Virus record (IMG/VR): IMGVR_UViG_3300037424_000957
Coordinates: 1 to 43,205 of that record
Direction: 5' to 3' (one strand)
DNA from: a virus
Taxonomy: Duplodnaviria; Caudoviricetes
DNA length: 43,205 nt
Shown here: in pieces, positions 43,097 to 43,205 of the stretch
Layout: each line of letters begins with the position of its first letter
Numbering within the stretch: the stretch's first letter is position 1
Translations under genes and position numbers: made by a program
The notes under the pieces: model-generated
Database searches by the model: none
What the model was told of the DNA's origin: nothing
Seen by the model: the letters and a program-made list of their open reading frames with translations, nothing else

Positions 43097-43205
43097 ATGA
43101 ATAATCATATTGCAGTAATCGATGCCGGATACGGCGATGCTGGAAAAGGGTCTGTAGTTAATTACCTTTGCCAGCATGAACCGTATCCTATGGTTGTACG
43201 ATTTT
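43097..43205 (+). CDS. purA: adenylosuccinate synthetase-like protein, 5' part (truncated by window)
   Basis: MNNHIAVIDAGYGDAGKGSVVNYL...VVRF matches the PurA P-loop GDxGKG and VVRF. Confidence 0.75.
   Translation, partial: MNNHIAVIDAGYGDAGKGSVVNYLCQHEPYPMVVRF

Noticed and set aside
14133-43177. Shadow ORFs overlapping long genes (e.g. 14133, 14377, 16442, 21871, 22092, 30388, 30450, 33810, 38267, 41312, 41905, 42890)
   Set aside because: Antisense or alternate-frame ORFs without motifs or RBS, unlike the 16128 nested endonuclease
43097-43205. PurZ (Z-genome)
   Set aside because: P-loop is GDAGKG with Asp rather than the PurZ-type GSxGKG; only 36 codons are visible

Overview
AT-rich segment of a large dsDNA bacteriophage genome, or a phage-derived contig; no host genes or integrase are visible. 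(1) 1-6330: a minus-strand block of small ORFs, including a stand-alone NAD-ligase domain Ia, a Macro-like protein, a lipoprotein and a MazG-like pseudogene, plus a tRNA-like element and two structured RNA candidates. (2) ~6400-7380: a non-coding divergence region, possibly a genome end or terminal-repeat boundary. (3) 7382-14022: an early or host-takeover-like operon, from a sigma70-type promoter to an intrinsic terminator, ending near a phage sigma-like gene. Twelve gene junctions in it carry a sequence-divergent but structurally conserved overlapping double hairpin followed by an AAAAGGGGA RBS. (4) 14078-43205: replication and nucleic-acid metabolism genes. These include a SNF2/HARP helicase with two inteins (the second hides a DUF559/Vsr-like endonuclease in the +1 frame), a radical SAM enzyme, a primase, and an RNA-repair cluster (broken Rnl2-type ligase, RlaP-like nucleotidyltransferase, PNK/phosphatase). 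They are followed by a ~1.2 kb RNA-rich island (21-aa basic peptide, tRNA-Met(CAT), large GOLLD/ROOL-like RNA candidate), HNH genes, a replication initiator, intein-containing DnaB and DnaE, a vWA protein and the start of a PurA-like gene. All calls come from manual reading and motif recognition; no database search or folding program was run.
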